Assembly: GCA_020184695.1 (NCBI GenBank)
Contig: JAANOX010000059.1
Location: 62,001-126,000 of the forward strand
Source: Histomonas meleagridis 2922-C6/04-290x
Lineage: Eukaryota > Protista > Parabasalia
DNA length: 64,000 nucleotides
Reading direction: 5' to 3'
Shown: piece by piece, positions 29,693-41,700 of the stretch
How the letters are laid out: every line of letters starts with the position of its first letter
How positions within the stretch are numbered: position 1 is the stretch's first letter
Program-made: the position numbers and the translations under genes
The notes under the pieces: model-generated
What the model saw: only the letters and a program-made list of their open reading frames with translations
What the model was told of the DNA's origin: nothing
The model's database searches: none

Positions 29693-31153
29693 TTATTTCT
29701 CTGTTATTATTGCGAAAAACTCTGCAATTCTTATTCTTACTTCTCTGTAATATGATTGGGATAAAGAACTCAACCTGTGCATCATTCCATGGTCGAGATT
29801 AAACCTAAGCCTTAGCCAAAACTGAATCGCACATCCAATCACATAACATTGGAATTTTACACTCGTCATTCCAATGTTGCTTGGAATAACGATTAGAAAG
29901 TCCTTAGGGTTGTTCGAGTATTCTAAAATCAGCTTCGATATAACATAACAAAAATCATTTTCTTCAACAGATATCATTTTTTCACTTATTTTTTGTGTGA
30001 ATTCTTTCTTTTCATTTGGTTCTTTAAGAGATTTTAATATGTTACACGCCGCTTTAATTGAGGAAAATGTTTTACAATTGTAAATATCAAAAATCAAATT
30101 GTAAAATGAATTATCATGTGGCATACAATGTATCATTGCCTTCTCAATAGTTGAGAAATCATTTGTTTTTGTAATTGTTGGTAATGATCTTTTAATTATT
30201 GATTTGAAATTAATGATATTTGCATTGTTATTATAAAGAAGTAGCCCTACTTGTAATGACTTATCATTGTAAGATGATAATTTTTGAATAGTATCATCTT
30301 TTAATTTGGTATTAGGTTCGATTTCTAATATGGAATTTATAGAAATTTTATCGTTTTCTGAACCGTCGAATTGAATGAAACTTTCAAAGCATTCAATTAA
30401 CTTTTTCTTTAGAAAGTGACAGTTTTCGGATTTTTGGACAAGTGGAATAAATGAAACACAATGTTTAAGATTTGAAAAATATTTGTCTGCTTGTGAAGCT
30501 AAAATGTATGCTGAATCTTTAGAACTGTTCTTTGATATTAATAGAATGATCTTTGAAAAAAGATAATAATTACTTGTTGGTAATATTGAAATTAAGAGGT
30601 CTGATGTTTCATCATCAATTTCGTGATCTATTTCGAGAAGGATGGATATTCCAGAAAGTCTTAAATTTTGATCATAAATTGCAAGATGACATTGTTTTAA
30701 AAGAATATCAAGAAAAGAATGATCTTTAAGATAGCAAATATAAAGCAAATGAAGAATTAACTTGTGAGTATAAGAATCTGAATATTTCGAAATATGTTGA
30801 AGTTCACTTAAGATTCCCTTTGTTAATGATGGGCTTTCTAACTTGATTAAAAGCTTGATAATTTTTGTTGTAATCTCAGGTCTTTTTAATAAGATTTTGA
30901 AAATTGATACTGAGTTATCATATTCATAAAAAGGGCTTTGTAGAGAACAAAGGCAAAAATTAATAGCTTCCATTTGAATGGCTGAATTAGAAGAGCAAAG
31001 AAATTTCAGCATAATTGGAGCAAAATAAAAAGTTTGTGGTTGCAAATCATATTGAAATTTCTTAAGTTTTTCGAATGCAGAGAGGATTTCGTTTGGGTCA
31101 CTTGAGTTAAATTCTTGTGTAATAGAAGTTAATTCTGTTTGAAACTTGTTCAT
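29693..31153 (-). CDS. Adaptin-trunk-like HEAT protein (divergent, AP-3 delta-like ends)
   Basis: 486-aa ORF. N-terminal ELTSITQEFNSSD...AFEKL and C-terminal LSQSYYREVRIRIAEF resemble adaptin large-subunit trunk termini. Confidence 0.45.
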   Translation of the reverse strand: MNKFQTELTSITQEFNSSDPNEILSAFEKLKKFQYDLQPQTFYFAPIMLKFLCSSNSAIQMEAINFCLCSLQSPFYEYDNSVSIFKILLKRPEITTKIIKLLIKLESPSLTKGILSELQHISKYSDSYTHKLILHLLYICYLKDHSFLDILLKQCHLAIYDQNLRLSGISILLEIDHEIDDETSDLLISILPTSNYYLFSKIILLISKNSSKDSAYILASQADKYFSNLKHCVSFIPLVQKSENCHFLKKKLIECFESFIQFDGSENDKISINSILEIEPNTKLKDDTIQKLSSYNDKSLQVGLLLYNNNANIINFKSIIKRSLPTITKTNDFSTIEKAMIHCMPHDNSFYNLIFDIYNCKTFSSIKAACNILKSLKEPNEKKEFTQKISEKMISVEENDFCYVISKLILEYSNNPKDFLIVIPSNIGMTSVKFQCYVIGCAIQFWLRLRFNLDHGMMHRLSSLSQSYYREVRIRIAEFFAIITEK

Positions 31154-31224
31154 TAACTTCTATTGAGAATAAACAATAGGATTAGATTTTAAACGGTTTT
31201 AATGACACTTTTTATAATATTGTT

Positions 31225-32460
31225 ATGGAATATGCAGACGGAGGTGATTTATCTCAAAAAATTCGATGTTTTAAAAACAATAGAAAAGAATTCTCAGAAG
31301 ATGAAATTCTTCATAACTTCATCCAACTTGCATTTGCTATTAAGTACATACATGACCGGAAAATCCTTCACCGTGACCTTAAACCACAAAACGTATTTCT
31401 TATGAAGGATGGAACAATTAAGTTAGGAGACTTTGGGATTGCTCGACCACTTGAAAATACTTATGAATTATGTGCAACAAAATGTGGAACTCCTGGATAT
31501 TCATCACCAGAAGTATTCTCAGGTGAGCCATATGGTTCTAAAGCCGACATATGGTCATTGGGATGTATTCTTTATGAACTTTGTTGTCTCAAGCCTCCAT
31601 TTTCTGGTAAAACTTTCGAAGCAATCAATGCGTCAGTGTCGAAAGGCGATTTTGAACCGATTCCATCCATATATAGTCAAGACATACAAAATCTTGTGAA
31701 GTCAATGTTATCTATTAATCCATCAAATCGCCCAAATATCAATGACATCCTTAATTATCCAATCGTTAAGTCAAATCTTGAATTATATGTTGATAAAAGA
31801 TATCTTAATTTCGAAATGAACCATACTGTTATACATGGAAGGAATCCATATGACGCGCCAACAGTTATTCCCAAAGAGATCGATGTTAAAATCACTCTTG
31901 TTGGTGATTTTGCAGTTGGGAAAACTGAAATCATAAGACGTTTTTTTGAAAAGCCGCCAAATAATGGATACCCAATTAATTTTGATAAATATGAAAAATC
32001 AGTTGAAATCAATGGCTTTACAATAAATATTGAGATTTATGACATAAGTGGTTCGAGAGCATTTAAACCTATTGTCCAAGGATCCTGTGAATGTGCGAAT
32101 ATAGTAATTATTGTTTTTTCTCTTGGGAATTGGAATGAATATAATGAAAATTCATTTGAAAATGTAAATGAGTTTTATCGAATGACTCTAAGAAATAGAA
32201 AAGGCGCAGTTGTTTGTTTGTGTGGGAATATGAGCGATATTCCTGACGAGCAAAGAAGAATTTCTTTTGAAGAAGGAAGATTAAAAGCGATGGAACTATC
32301 AAATGAAGTCGAATACTTCGAAACAAGCGCTGTAACTGGAGATGGAATAAATGTAATGTTCGAAGAAATGATAAAAAAGTATTTGGTAAAATTATCAGAA
32401 AGAAAAATGCCAAATAATGATAACGAAAAGCAAAAGGATTCAAAATGTATAATAAGCTGA
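31225..32460 (+). CDS. 5'-truncated paralog of the kinase-GTPase fusion (lacks kinase N-lobe); possibly a pseudogene
   Basis: Colinear with 1575-2810 at offset 29650. About 287 nt including the ATG, Gly loop and catalytic Lys are missing. Confidence 0.8.
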   Translation: MEYADGGDLSQKIRCFKNNRKEFSEDEILHNFIQLAFAIKYIHDRKILHRDLKPQNVFLMKDGTIKLGDFGIARPLENTYELCATKCGTPGYSSPEVFSGEPYGSKADIWSLGCILYELCCLKPPFSGKTFEAINASVSKGDFEPIPSIYSQDIQNLVKSMLSINPSNRPNINDILNYPIVKSNLELYVDKRYLNFEMNHTVIHGRNPYDAPTVIPKEIDVKITLVGDFAVGKTEIIRRFFEKPPNNGYPINFDKYEKSVEINGFTINIEIYDISGSRAFKPIVQGSCECANIVIIVFSLGNWNEYNENSFENVNEFYRMTLRNRKGAVVCLCGNMSDIPDEQRRISFEEGRLKAMELSNEVEYFETSAVTGDGINVMFEEMIKKYLVKLSERKMPNNDNEKQKDSKCIIS

Positions 32461-32769
32461 ATTAATAAAAACATTTAAACGATTCTTCTGTTTAAGCAAA
32501 AATTTGTTACAAAATCACATTCAATTCCAAATTATGTTTTTGTAAAATAAGAAAATAAAAATGTAATAGAGCTGATAATGTTCTTGATGCTTTTATGTAT
32601 TAATTTTATACTAAAAAATACAAGTATTTATTACAAGTAATAAATCAAAAAATCTGGAAATTGAGATTAAAACCCAGCATTTGTTTAATGATAAGGTTTT
32701 AAGATTAAATTATAAATAATAAAGTTTCCGTTTTATAAAATTAAAAAAAAATCTTAATCTTTTTACTTT

Positions 32770-33450
32770 AGATTGATAGATAAATATATGTGTAATTGGG
32801 ACATTTATTTTGAAGGTTAAAATAATAAAAATAAATATCAGACAAAACAAATAAATATCTCTAGTATCAATATCAATTCCTTTTTGTTCAAGAAGTAATT
32901 TAACAATTTCTGTATGACCATTTTCAGATGCATAAATAAGTGCTGTGCTTAAATAATTTAAATAATTTTCAAATATTATTTTAAAATCCAAAATTATTAA
33001 ATTAAATTTTAAATAAAACAACTAAATATTTTTAGGATTAACATCAATATCTTTGTAAGTAAAAATAAAAATATTTCATAATTATGATATAAAATACAAA
33101 ACGTTCCTAATTCTTATAAATTAATTTCTTAAAAGTTATTATCATAAAGATATTTAAAGATATCATTTTGATGGAATTCAATTGCTGCTTCATATGCATC
33201 TTTAAATGATGAATGATTTTGTTCACACAAATGAATGATTTCTTCATTTCCGCCTGCAATTGCATATTTACCTGTATCTTCAACGTTTGCTCCATTCATA
33301 AGTAAATATTTGAACAATTAATAGAACCAAAAAATGCTGCATAATCAATTAATGAAATATTATCTTGATTAACAAATGAACATCTTTCATAAAGTGATGG
33401 TTCAATAAATTGATTAAAATCAAAATCATTTTGTGATGATATTTCTTGAA
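32770..33450 (-). pseudogene. Fragment of a DUF3447-like/ankyrin gene with the same spacer-interrupted ankyrin repeats
   Basis: Minus strand reads SLIDYAAFFGSINC/FKYLLMNGA...YAIAGGNEEIIHLCE...AIEFHQNDIF, then KDIDVNPKNI, a 78-nt spacer (32947-33024), a full ankyrin segment and a degraded second spacer. Confidence 0.75.
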
Positions 33451-33577
33451 TTTACATTTTTAAAAAGATTTTATATATTTTTGATTTGGAAATTAAAAAC
33501 TCAGAGAAATTTGATTAAATCATGTATAAAGATATAACGAATCTGAGAGTTTTAACAACTTTTACTTATTATTCATA

Positions 33578-34102
33578 CTACGAAACAGATGTAGTCGAAT
33601 TTTGTCGAAGGAAAATTTTTGTTTGCCTTGGCTTTGGCACCATTCCAAGAGAAATATTGGACTTCTTTGTTAAATCAGGCTTTGCATCTATAAGTTTCAT
33701 CAGCTTTTGATGGGTTTTCCGAACTTTGCATGTCCAAACTTCGAGTTCTGTTCTTGGAATATTTTCACATAATTTTCGAAAAGCATCATTTAACTCCTTT
33801 GCAATAACGTAAATACATGTTTGTTCGGAATGATATGTCGTTGCATTTTTCCAAATCAAGTTGACATCTTTTTTCCAATCTTCGACTGAAGGGTAATAAT
33901 TTTCTTCGAGGCGTGTCATTACTTTTCCAAGGTCCATTGGTTTTTTTATTTTATCAAGATAATCAGGTACATTATCTTTTATTGGATCTACGGGAGCCAA
34001 AAAAAAAACAGAAATTGGAAAATCCATTATTTTGCGAGTGATGTTGATACATGTTCTCTTCTGGACTTTTGTCATCGTTGAAGATGAAGAAGTTCTGTTC
34101 AT
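33578..34102 (-). CDS. Single-bromodomain protein
   Basis: FFLAPVDP...VPDYLDKIKKPMDL...DVNLIWKNATTYH. Confidence 0.92.
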   Translation of the reverse strand: MNRTSSSSTMTKVQKRTCINITRKIMDFPISVFFLAPVDPIKDNVPDYLDKIKKPMDLGKVMTRLEENYYPSVEDWKKDVNLIWKNATTYHSEQTCIYVIAKELNDAFRKLCENIPRTELEVWTCKVRKTHQKLMKLIDAKPDLTKKSNISLGMVPKPRQTKIFLRQNSTTSVS

Positions 34103-34499
34103 TTGGTACCTCTGATTTGGGGCGCCCTTGGTAGCACGAAATTATTGTGCTTTTCTAAGTTGATCAATTAAATGATAATGTGACCAATAATAAACAAAAA
34201 TTTTTTGGCTCAATGGTAGTTGTTAACCATAAAATGATAGGTATGTGTTCGAGGCTCAAAGGCAGAGGTTCGATTCACTGCATAAAATAAAATTTTTTCA
34301 TTTTTTGGGAGAAAAAAATTTAAAATGTTAAAAATAATCATAATAAAATTTGTTTATGAGAAGAAACGTTATGCTAAATTCATTCCCTTTTATCCCACTA
34401 AGTAAGACTTTGAGAATGTGATAAGAATGAATTGGCAGTGCTTATCACTGTGAAAGACAAAGAAAGAATTAATGTTAGAGATTGAAAATAAATAGCAAA

Positions 34500-34760
34500 A
34501 GAAGAGCGTGAAACATTTATTATATTTGATTTCTAAATGTATTTGATTTTGTGAATGAATTTGATTTTGTAAATGTGTATGGTTGAGAAAATGCATGAGA
34601 TAATATTGATTGGCAACCATTAATTGTAGATCCCTTAGAAGCACTTAAACTATCAAAGAATGAACCTTGAAATGAATCTGATGCCATAGCAATAGCTGTG
34701 GATATATTCCGAAAAGCTTCACTATAAATTGTTTTATTCATAGAATGAATAAACAACATT
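34500..34760 (-). pseudogene. Isolated BspA-like fragment (LRR end plus SNTF stalk)
   Basis: AFRNIST...SKGSTINGC...TFTKSNSFTKSNTF parallels AFFNVST...AKENTEGTC...SNTFT of the 9845-11719 gene. Confidence 0.55.
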
Positions 34761-34961
34761 CTTTTTATTTACTTTAATATTTTGAAGATTTTTACACGCA
34801 AAAAATACAGCATTCCCAATGTCACTGATTCAGGAATGGTAAAATTTATTAATGAATAACAAGCAAAAAATGCAAAATTTCCAAATGTTATAACTGAATT
34901 AGAAAATACCCACTGTAAAATTTATGAAAGTTAAAACGGATAAATTTATTAATGATATATT

Positions 34962-35657
34962 TCATGATAATACACATTTAACGTCACCGTCTTTAGTGAG
35001 GTCAATTCTTTTAAGTGTTTTCAAGAAACGAAGTGCGACATGAAGAACTCTAACTTTTATTCCGGCGTTAATGATTTCTTGTTTTGTAATAATTTTGTTT
35101 GGTTCGTTTTCTTGTGAATAATTCCATAAAAATTGATGAAGATCTTTTAGCTCATTCAGTCCAACATGACCCATCGTTCGCGTGTCAAGTGTGGAATATT
35201 CTTTATCAGTAATTTCAACGAACTTAGCAACCGGAGCGTTTCGAGAAGAAGACTTTTGTTGATTTGACTTTTTGGGTGTCTGTTTAATTGGTTGTTTGAC
35301 AGGAGCTGCCTTAACAGGCGTTAACTGTGGCTCATTGGCATATGTGTGATCATCTTTTGGTGAAAATATAACATTTGGTTTTGGCAAATTTCTTGAATAA
35401 CATGCTTTTTCAATTATTGCAGAAGCAGGGAATAAATTTTCTGTTAAAACCTGGTTTAGCATTTCTTGTGCAAGTGTTAACTTTGTTACATTAGTCTTTA
35501 AAGTTAATAATCTGAATTTTGCATTTCTTAATCTTTGGCATAGCTCAAGAATTTCACGTGATTCTGGCATATTTTCAATTATTTTTTGTTCTATTTTATC
35601 AATTGAATATTTAGTATCATCGCACGTAACTTTGAGCCTTTCAACTGCAGCTTCCAT
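34962..35657 (-). CDS. SKA2: SKA2-like kinetochore protein (N-terminal coiled coil plus SKA-type C-terminal domain)
   Basis: MEAAVERLKVTCDDTKYSIDKIE resembles the SKA2 N-terminus; FVEITDKEY..L.....GHVGLNEL...LRFLKTLKRI resembles the SKA winged-helix domain. Confidence 0.5.
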   Translation of the reverse strand: MEAAVERLKVTCDDTKYSIDKIEQKIIENMPESREILELCQRLRNAKFRLLTLKTNVTKLTLAQEMLNQVLTENLFPASAIIEKACYSRNLPKPNVIFSPKDDHTYANEPQLTPVKAAPVKQPIKQTPKKSNQQKSSSRNAPVAKFVEITDKEYSTLDTRTMGHVGLNELKDLHQFLWNYSQENEPNKIITKQEIINAGIKVRVLHVALRFLKTLKRIDLTKDGDVKCVLS

Positions 35658-35724
35658 TTGGAATTTTAAACGCACATTAATAAGAAAACGTTTTAAAACA
35701 TAAAAATTTACAGAAAAAACACAT

Positions 35725-38700
35725 TTAATCAATATTAGCAGGGACAAATACTAATGAAACATCATCAGTTGAAACAACGAAACGACAAAATTCATTTTCG
35801 AACTTAATTGATGTAATTTTCGATTCACATTTCCACAAAATCTTTTTCTTCTTCAATGTTACAGCGTTATAAATTACAATTCTATTTTCTTGGTCGACTA
35901 TTCCTATATAATCGAATTGTTTATCATTCCAAGCGTTTGCAGCTCCGATGATTTTGATGTCCAATTCAATTTCTCCTATCGGGCGACCGTTAACCGTATA
36001 ATTTTTTATATAAAATTTATCGTTACCTTCAGCAATAACAACAATAGTACCCATTGAATGACAAATTATAATATCAGTTACATGTATATTTTGCTTAAAT
36101 CCAAGGTCAATAACTCTTAACAAAGATAATTGTGGTAAGGTACTAATCACTAATGAATTATCTTTTGAACATGTAACAACAATTCCATATTCGACACTTG
36201 CTACGCAATATATAACAGCGTCATGATGAACCATTAATGTATTAATTAAATTAATTCGTAAGTCTTTTTCTTTATATTTCCATAAGCCAATACAAGAATC
36301 TTCTCCACCACTAATGATATAATTCTCAAATGAACAAATGCATAAAATCGTTGATAAGTGTGGTGTGTTATTACTAACTATAATTGATCGAGTATTCGCA
36401 TCGAACACACGTAAAAACAATGAGTTCTCAGCCGCATAAGCAAATGAAGTATCAGATAAATATGATATTAACTTTGGCGTCTTTGGAAACACTACAAGTT
36501 TCTTTGACTTAAAATTAACTTCGAAATATGACGAAGCAGATCGAATGCAAAACAATTTGTTGTTTTGTAGAACAGTATAAACCTTTAAATCATCAAATGA
36601 ATTATTAAGTGTCTTAAATTGAACAACAGGTGCAACAATATTTTGCAAGAAAAAAATTCGCTGTTCTTCAGATTCTTTAATTTTTTGTGATGTCGGATGT
36701 GGAGAAGTAAATAATTGTTGTGGAATTTCTCCAACGGAATTTAAGAATTCGACAACTAAACTTTCTTCAGTATGACTTTTGATTTTGCTCCAAACATTAG
36801 GGAAAACTTGTGGTGGAAATGTATTCATATCTTCTGCTGATGATTGTTTAACGCCCCATATTAAATCAATCCATAGATTTAAGTTATTACGTACGTAATT
36901 ACTTTCTAATGCACAAATATGATTATATATTTGTTCAACTGGTGTTTCCCATTCATTAGAAAGATTGACATTTGAAATAGATACATCTTTATCATCTCTA
37001 CCTAAATCAAAATTATTTGAATTCTCTAAAAATTCGCAATCAAAATAAAATTCTGGAATATATTCTTTGATCGATTTACAAATTCGAATTGTCGATTCAA
37101 CATTACCTCTAATAGAAAAGAATAATCTTGATGGGACATCAAATCGACCATCTTGAAGTTTAATATGTAATGAAGTAAAAGGCTCTAAACGTATTAAATA
37201 TAATGCAACCAAAAAAGTGCTGATGTAAAGTGCTGAAAACAGATAATTTCTGCCAGAGCATTTAATTGTTTCATTAAGCGTGCGTAAACCAGTCAAATTT
37301 TGATACAAAATATTTTTTGATAAATCTCTATAAATTTTCGGATCTTCAAAATCCAAATTTTTAGTATCAAAATCAACTAATAAAATAGGGAAAACAGGAT
37401 AAATTCTTGTATCTAAAAATGATCTTCCTGATAATAAATTTAACCATATTAAATAATCGAAATTACTTAATTGATGATTTCTCCAACGTTGAGTTAATTT
37501 AAGGTTTTCTATTTCAATATTTGGAGGATTTTCTTGGAAAAATATTTTATTAGGTAAAGAAATCTTCTTTAGATTTGATACGAATTTATGTGATTTTTGT
37601 TTCGGAAAAACAAATAAATAACATTTATGATTTGTAGTAAATATTTGTATTGATTGAGGAATTTGATCATTCCAACACCAAAACAAATATTGAACTTTAG
37701 TGTTCTTAATGAAAACACTTTTATTCTCTGCAGAATAATAATAACCTTTTGCGGTGACATAAAACATTCCAATATCATTTTCATTTTGAATTATTAATTG
37801 TCGATGACAATCATCACTCCAAATGATTTGTTGGTTCATTATAGTTAATAATAGTTTATGATCTTTCTCACAATCTTTAAAATATGTTACTGTTGATAAT
37901 GGTTCATTAGATTGGATATCTTTAGCTCGTTGCCATCTTAACATTGATTCTTTAGAATGATTATCAAAATGATTATTTTGTGTTTCTATTATTGGCCTAA
38001 AACGAAAATCAAATTGATTTCCTCGTTTAAAATATTGATGTTTCTTATGTTGATAAAATGGTGAACGATTATATGATAATGATGAATATAAACGTTGCCA
38101 TTGTTTACGAAAATCATTTATTTGTGATTTATATTTTAATTTCTTTAATATTTCTGTTATTAATGGTTTAATTACAGGAATTTCGATTTTATATATTTTT
38201 AATGTTTTATAAAATTCATCATATAATTGATAAGAAATTTCTACATTTTCAGTAACTGTATAAGAATTTATATTTTGTTCTGGTGTTTTATAAGCTATTA
38301 ATGAAAAATATTTTTCATTTTCTTTGTTTTGAGTTAAACCTTCAAAGATTTCTTGAATTATATTAATTATTTCTTGTGAATTAGTTTTATATAAAAATGA
38401 ACAAAGTATAAAAAATGGTAAAATATTTAAATCTTTTTCTTGTATTAAAGTTTTATATAAATTTATTAAATGAAATATTGATTTTGAATCTTGCCATTCA
38501 TTATTATATATATGTGCACCATAAATTGGTTCAAAATTTAATTGTATAAAATAATTAAATTGAAATATATCGAATTCAATTGTAGGAATCATATTTTTTG
38601 TAGGTTCAATAATTGATGAATGATAATTATAAAAATAATATGAACAAATTAATGAAGTAAAATTATTTAAAAGATTAACATCGTTATTAATTTTGTTTAT

Positions 38701-41700
38701 AATATTAATAATTAAATTATTAATTATTGTTCGATCATTACTTTTCTTTAACATTAAAATAATATCAAAACATGATAACATACAATTTAAGAAATTAAAA
38801 TCTTCAATTAATATTTCATCAATATAATTAATTAATTTATTCCATTTAAATAAAATTGCAAAACTTAAGAAATATGTAAAAAATGTAGTTTTTGGATATT
38901 GTTTAAATTTTTTAGTCTTAAATGATTTCTTAATATATTTATAAACAAATTTTGAATCTTTTTCATCTAATTTATATGATAATACTATTATTATTGGAAT
39001 ATATTGAATGTTTTTTGTTTGACATAAATATTTTGTTAATTCATGTAATACATCAATTGATAATTGATCAATTTGTTGAACAAAAAATAACAAAAATTGT
39101 TCATAAAAATCTTCATTTGTTGAAACAAAATTATTAATTAAAATTGATAAATTTTTTGCATTTGAACAATATATAATTTTCGTCTTTAAAATAAATTTTG
39201 TTATTTCTTCTTTCATATCATGATTATTTACTAAAATTTGTAATATTGAACATATTATTTCATCATTAATATTTTTAGTTTCTATTAATCTAATCAAGAA
39301 AACAATATTTTTATAAGAATTAATACATTGAAATAATTTAATTAATATAGTTTCAAATGATTCTAATATTTTTTTATTAATTTTTTGTGATAAAATACAT
39401 TTATGAAAGAAATATAATACTTTATCAAAAATGTTTTGTAATTCATCTTTATCAGTAATTTTTATTATAATTTTATGCCAATCATTTAAAATAATTTGAA
39501 TTGTTGAAATTTTCGAATTTTTCCATAATTCGGAATGAAATAAAAGACAATAATTATAATCATTTGAAGAATGAAATGTTTCTTTATATTTATATATCAT
39601 TTTCCATATTTCACATGTAATTAACTTTTCTTTTTCTATTAAAAAATAACTTATGATTGAAAATCCACCAAATGAATTCATTTGTTCTAAAAAAGTCGTA
39701 TTATTTGATAATACTTTAAATAAAAAATTGATTAAAATTTTAAGATATTTATATTTATCTTCAGTAATAAATTGTATCAATGTTACTATATAAGGAATAC
39801 CTTTAGATGCTTCAAAAACTCTTCCAAATTTATTAACAAACTTAAACATTATTCCATGATATTGACTTGATTGATTTTTTACATAATAAAATGTATTATT
39901 TTTTTCTAATTTTGTTGTATATAAGAAAATTAATTTAGGTTCACCTAATAAAAGTGGAAATTTCTTTATTGGAGTTTTATATATTTGTTTTATTAATGTT
40001 TTCGGTACAGGTAATGAATAAAAACTAATTTGTGTAAATAACATATCAGCCATTTTATTATTATCAAAATTATTTTTATATATATAAATATGATCAAATC
40101 CTTCAAACAAAACGTTTGTCTTTAATTTTACTTTAATTTCAAATTTATTATTTAATAATATTCTAATATAATTTGATGAATTATATTCGAAATATAAATT
40201 ATTCCATTGATTAATTTTTATAATAAAATTATGTGTAATTGGATCAAATAAATCATTTGATGATTTAATTTCGATTTTCTCATTATATAAATTTATTAAA
40301 ATATTTGTTTTATTATTCTCGAAATTTAATAACGTTATAAAATCATCAAAAAAATCAGAAATTAAAAACCATAAAGATAATGCAAAACCATTTGAATAAT
40401 CTTTAAATGAAATTCCTGGAAATGTAATATAATCTAAACTTGAAGATAATAATAAAAAAGTATCAACATTATCTTCTTTATAAGATATAATCTTTTCCAT
40501 ATATTTTAACATTTCTGGATAAAATACTTCAATTTGTTGATAATTTTGAGGATTTAAATAACGTAAATATGTAAATAATGTTTGTCGATCACAAATTACC
40601 ATTGATATTCTTGTAAAGATGTTTAATAATAATCTGAAAATCGTTTCATTAGTTGTTGATTCCATTTCTTGAAGTATTAATGAATGGAAATTATAATGAT
40701 AACATTTATAACATTGAATTCTTGATTTTGATGTAATTTCTTTAAGTAATTGTAAGAAATCATTTTTATATTGAGTACTTAAAATAATTTTTGCTATTTC
40801 ATATGAATATTTAGATTTAATTTGGATGTTATTAGATTGATTATTATTTATTAATTTTAATAAATATTTATATATTGTTTCATTAAATTCAATCGATAAA
40901 ATTCCTTTATTAATATTATCCCATTCGATTTTAATGTTTTCTACTACATTTGGTTCCATAAAATTTTTTAGAAATTTAAGAAATTTTATAGGTTCTAATG
41001 TATTAGTTTCAAATTTTGTTGTCATTATTAATAAATAATTATGAGCAAAATCAATTTTGAATTCATATGATAAATCTTTTAAGAAATTAGTAAATATTTC
41101 GATCCAATAATAATATAAATCATTTTGTTCATTCATAGTTTGTAAAAAACTTTTTATTATTAAACTATTAGAAAACAAATCAAAATCATTTTTATAATTT
41201 ACTAATAAAATCGAAAAAATATTTAAAACATTTGAAGAACATTCATTATTTTTTAGACAAGAAATTAATTTCTCAATGAAAAACTCACTTTCGGAAATTT
41301 TTTTTGATAATTCAACTTGATTTTTTAACAAAGTATAAAGAATTTGTAAGAACATATCGAAATTATCTGGAAAAATTCTTAATTTTTCTTCAATACAAAA
41401 TTTGAATGAATCAATAAATTGTGAATTATATGTTAAAGAAGATTGATTCATATTAAGAATCATTTCAATTACTAATGATATATTTGTATTAATAAAAAAT
41501 GATATAAATATTTGTTGGATTTGAAATAAAGTTGAATAACTAATAATGATTTTAAATTCTAAAAATCGAATTGGTATTAAAATCGATAACTTTTTGTTGT
41601 TTATTGATTCAAATATATTTATATTTGGATCAAATATTTCTTTATTAAGAAATAAATCAGGAAGTGTAATTTTTGTATCTTTAAATAGTTTTATAAATTT

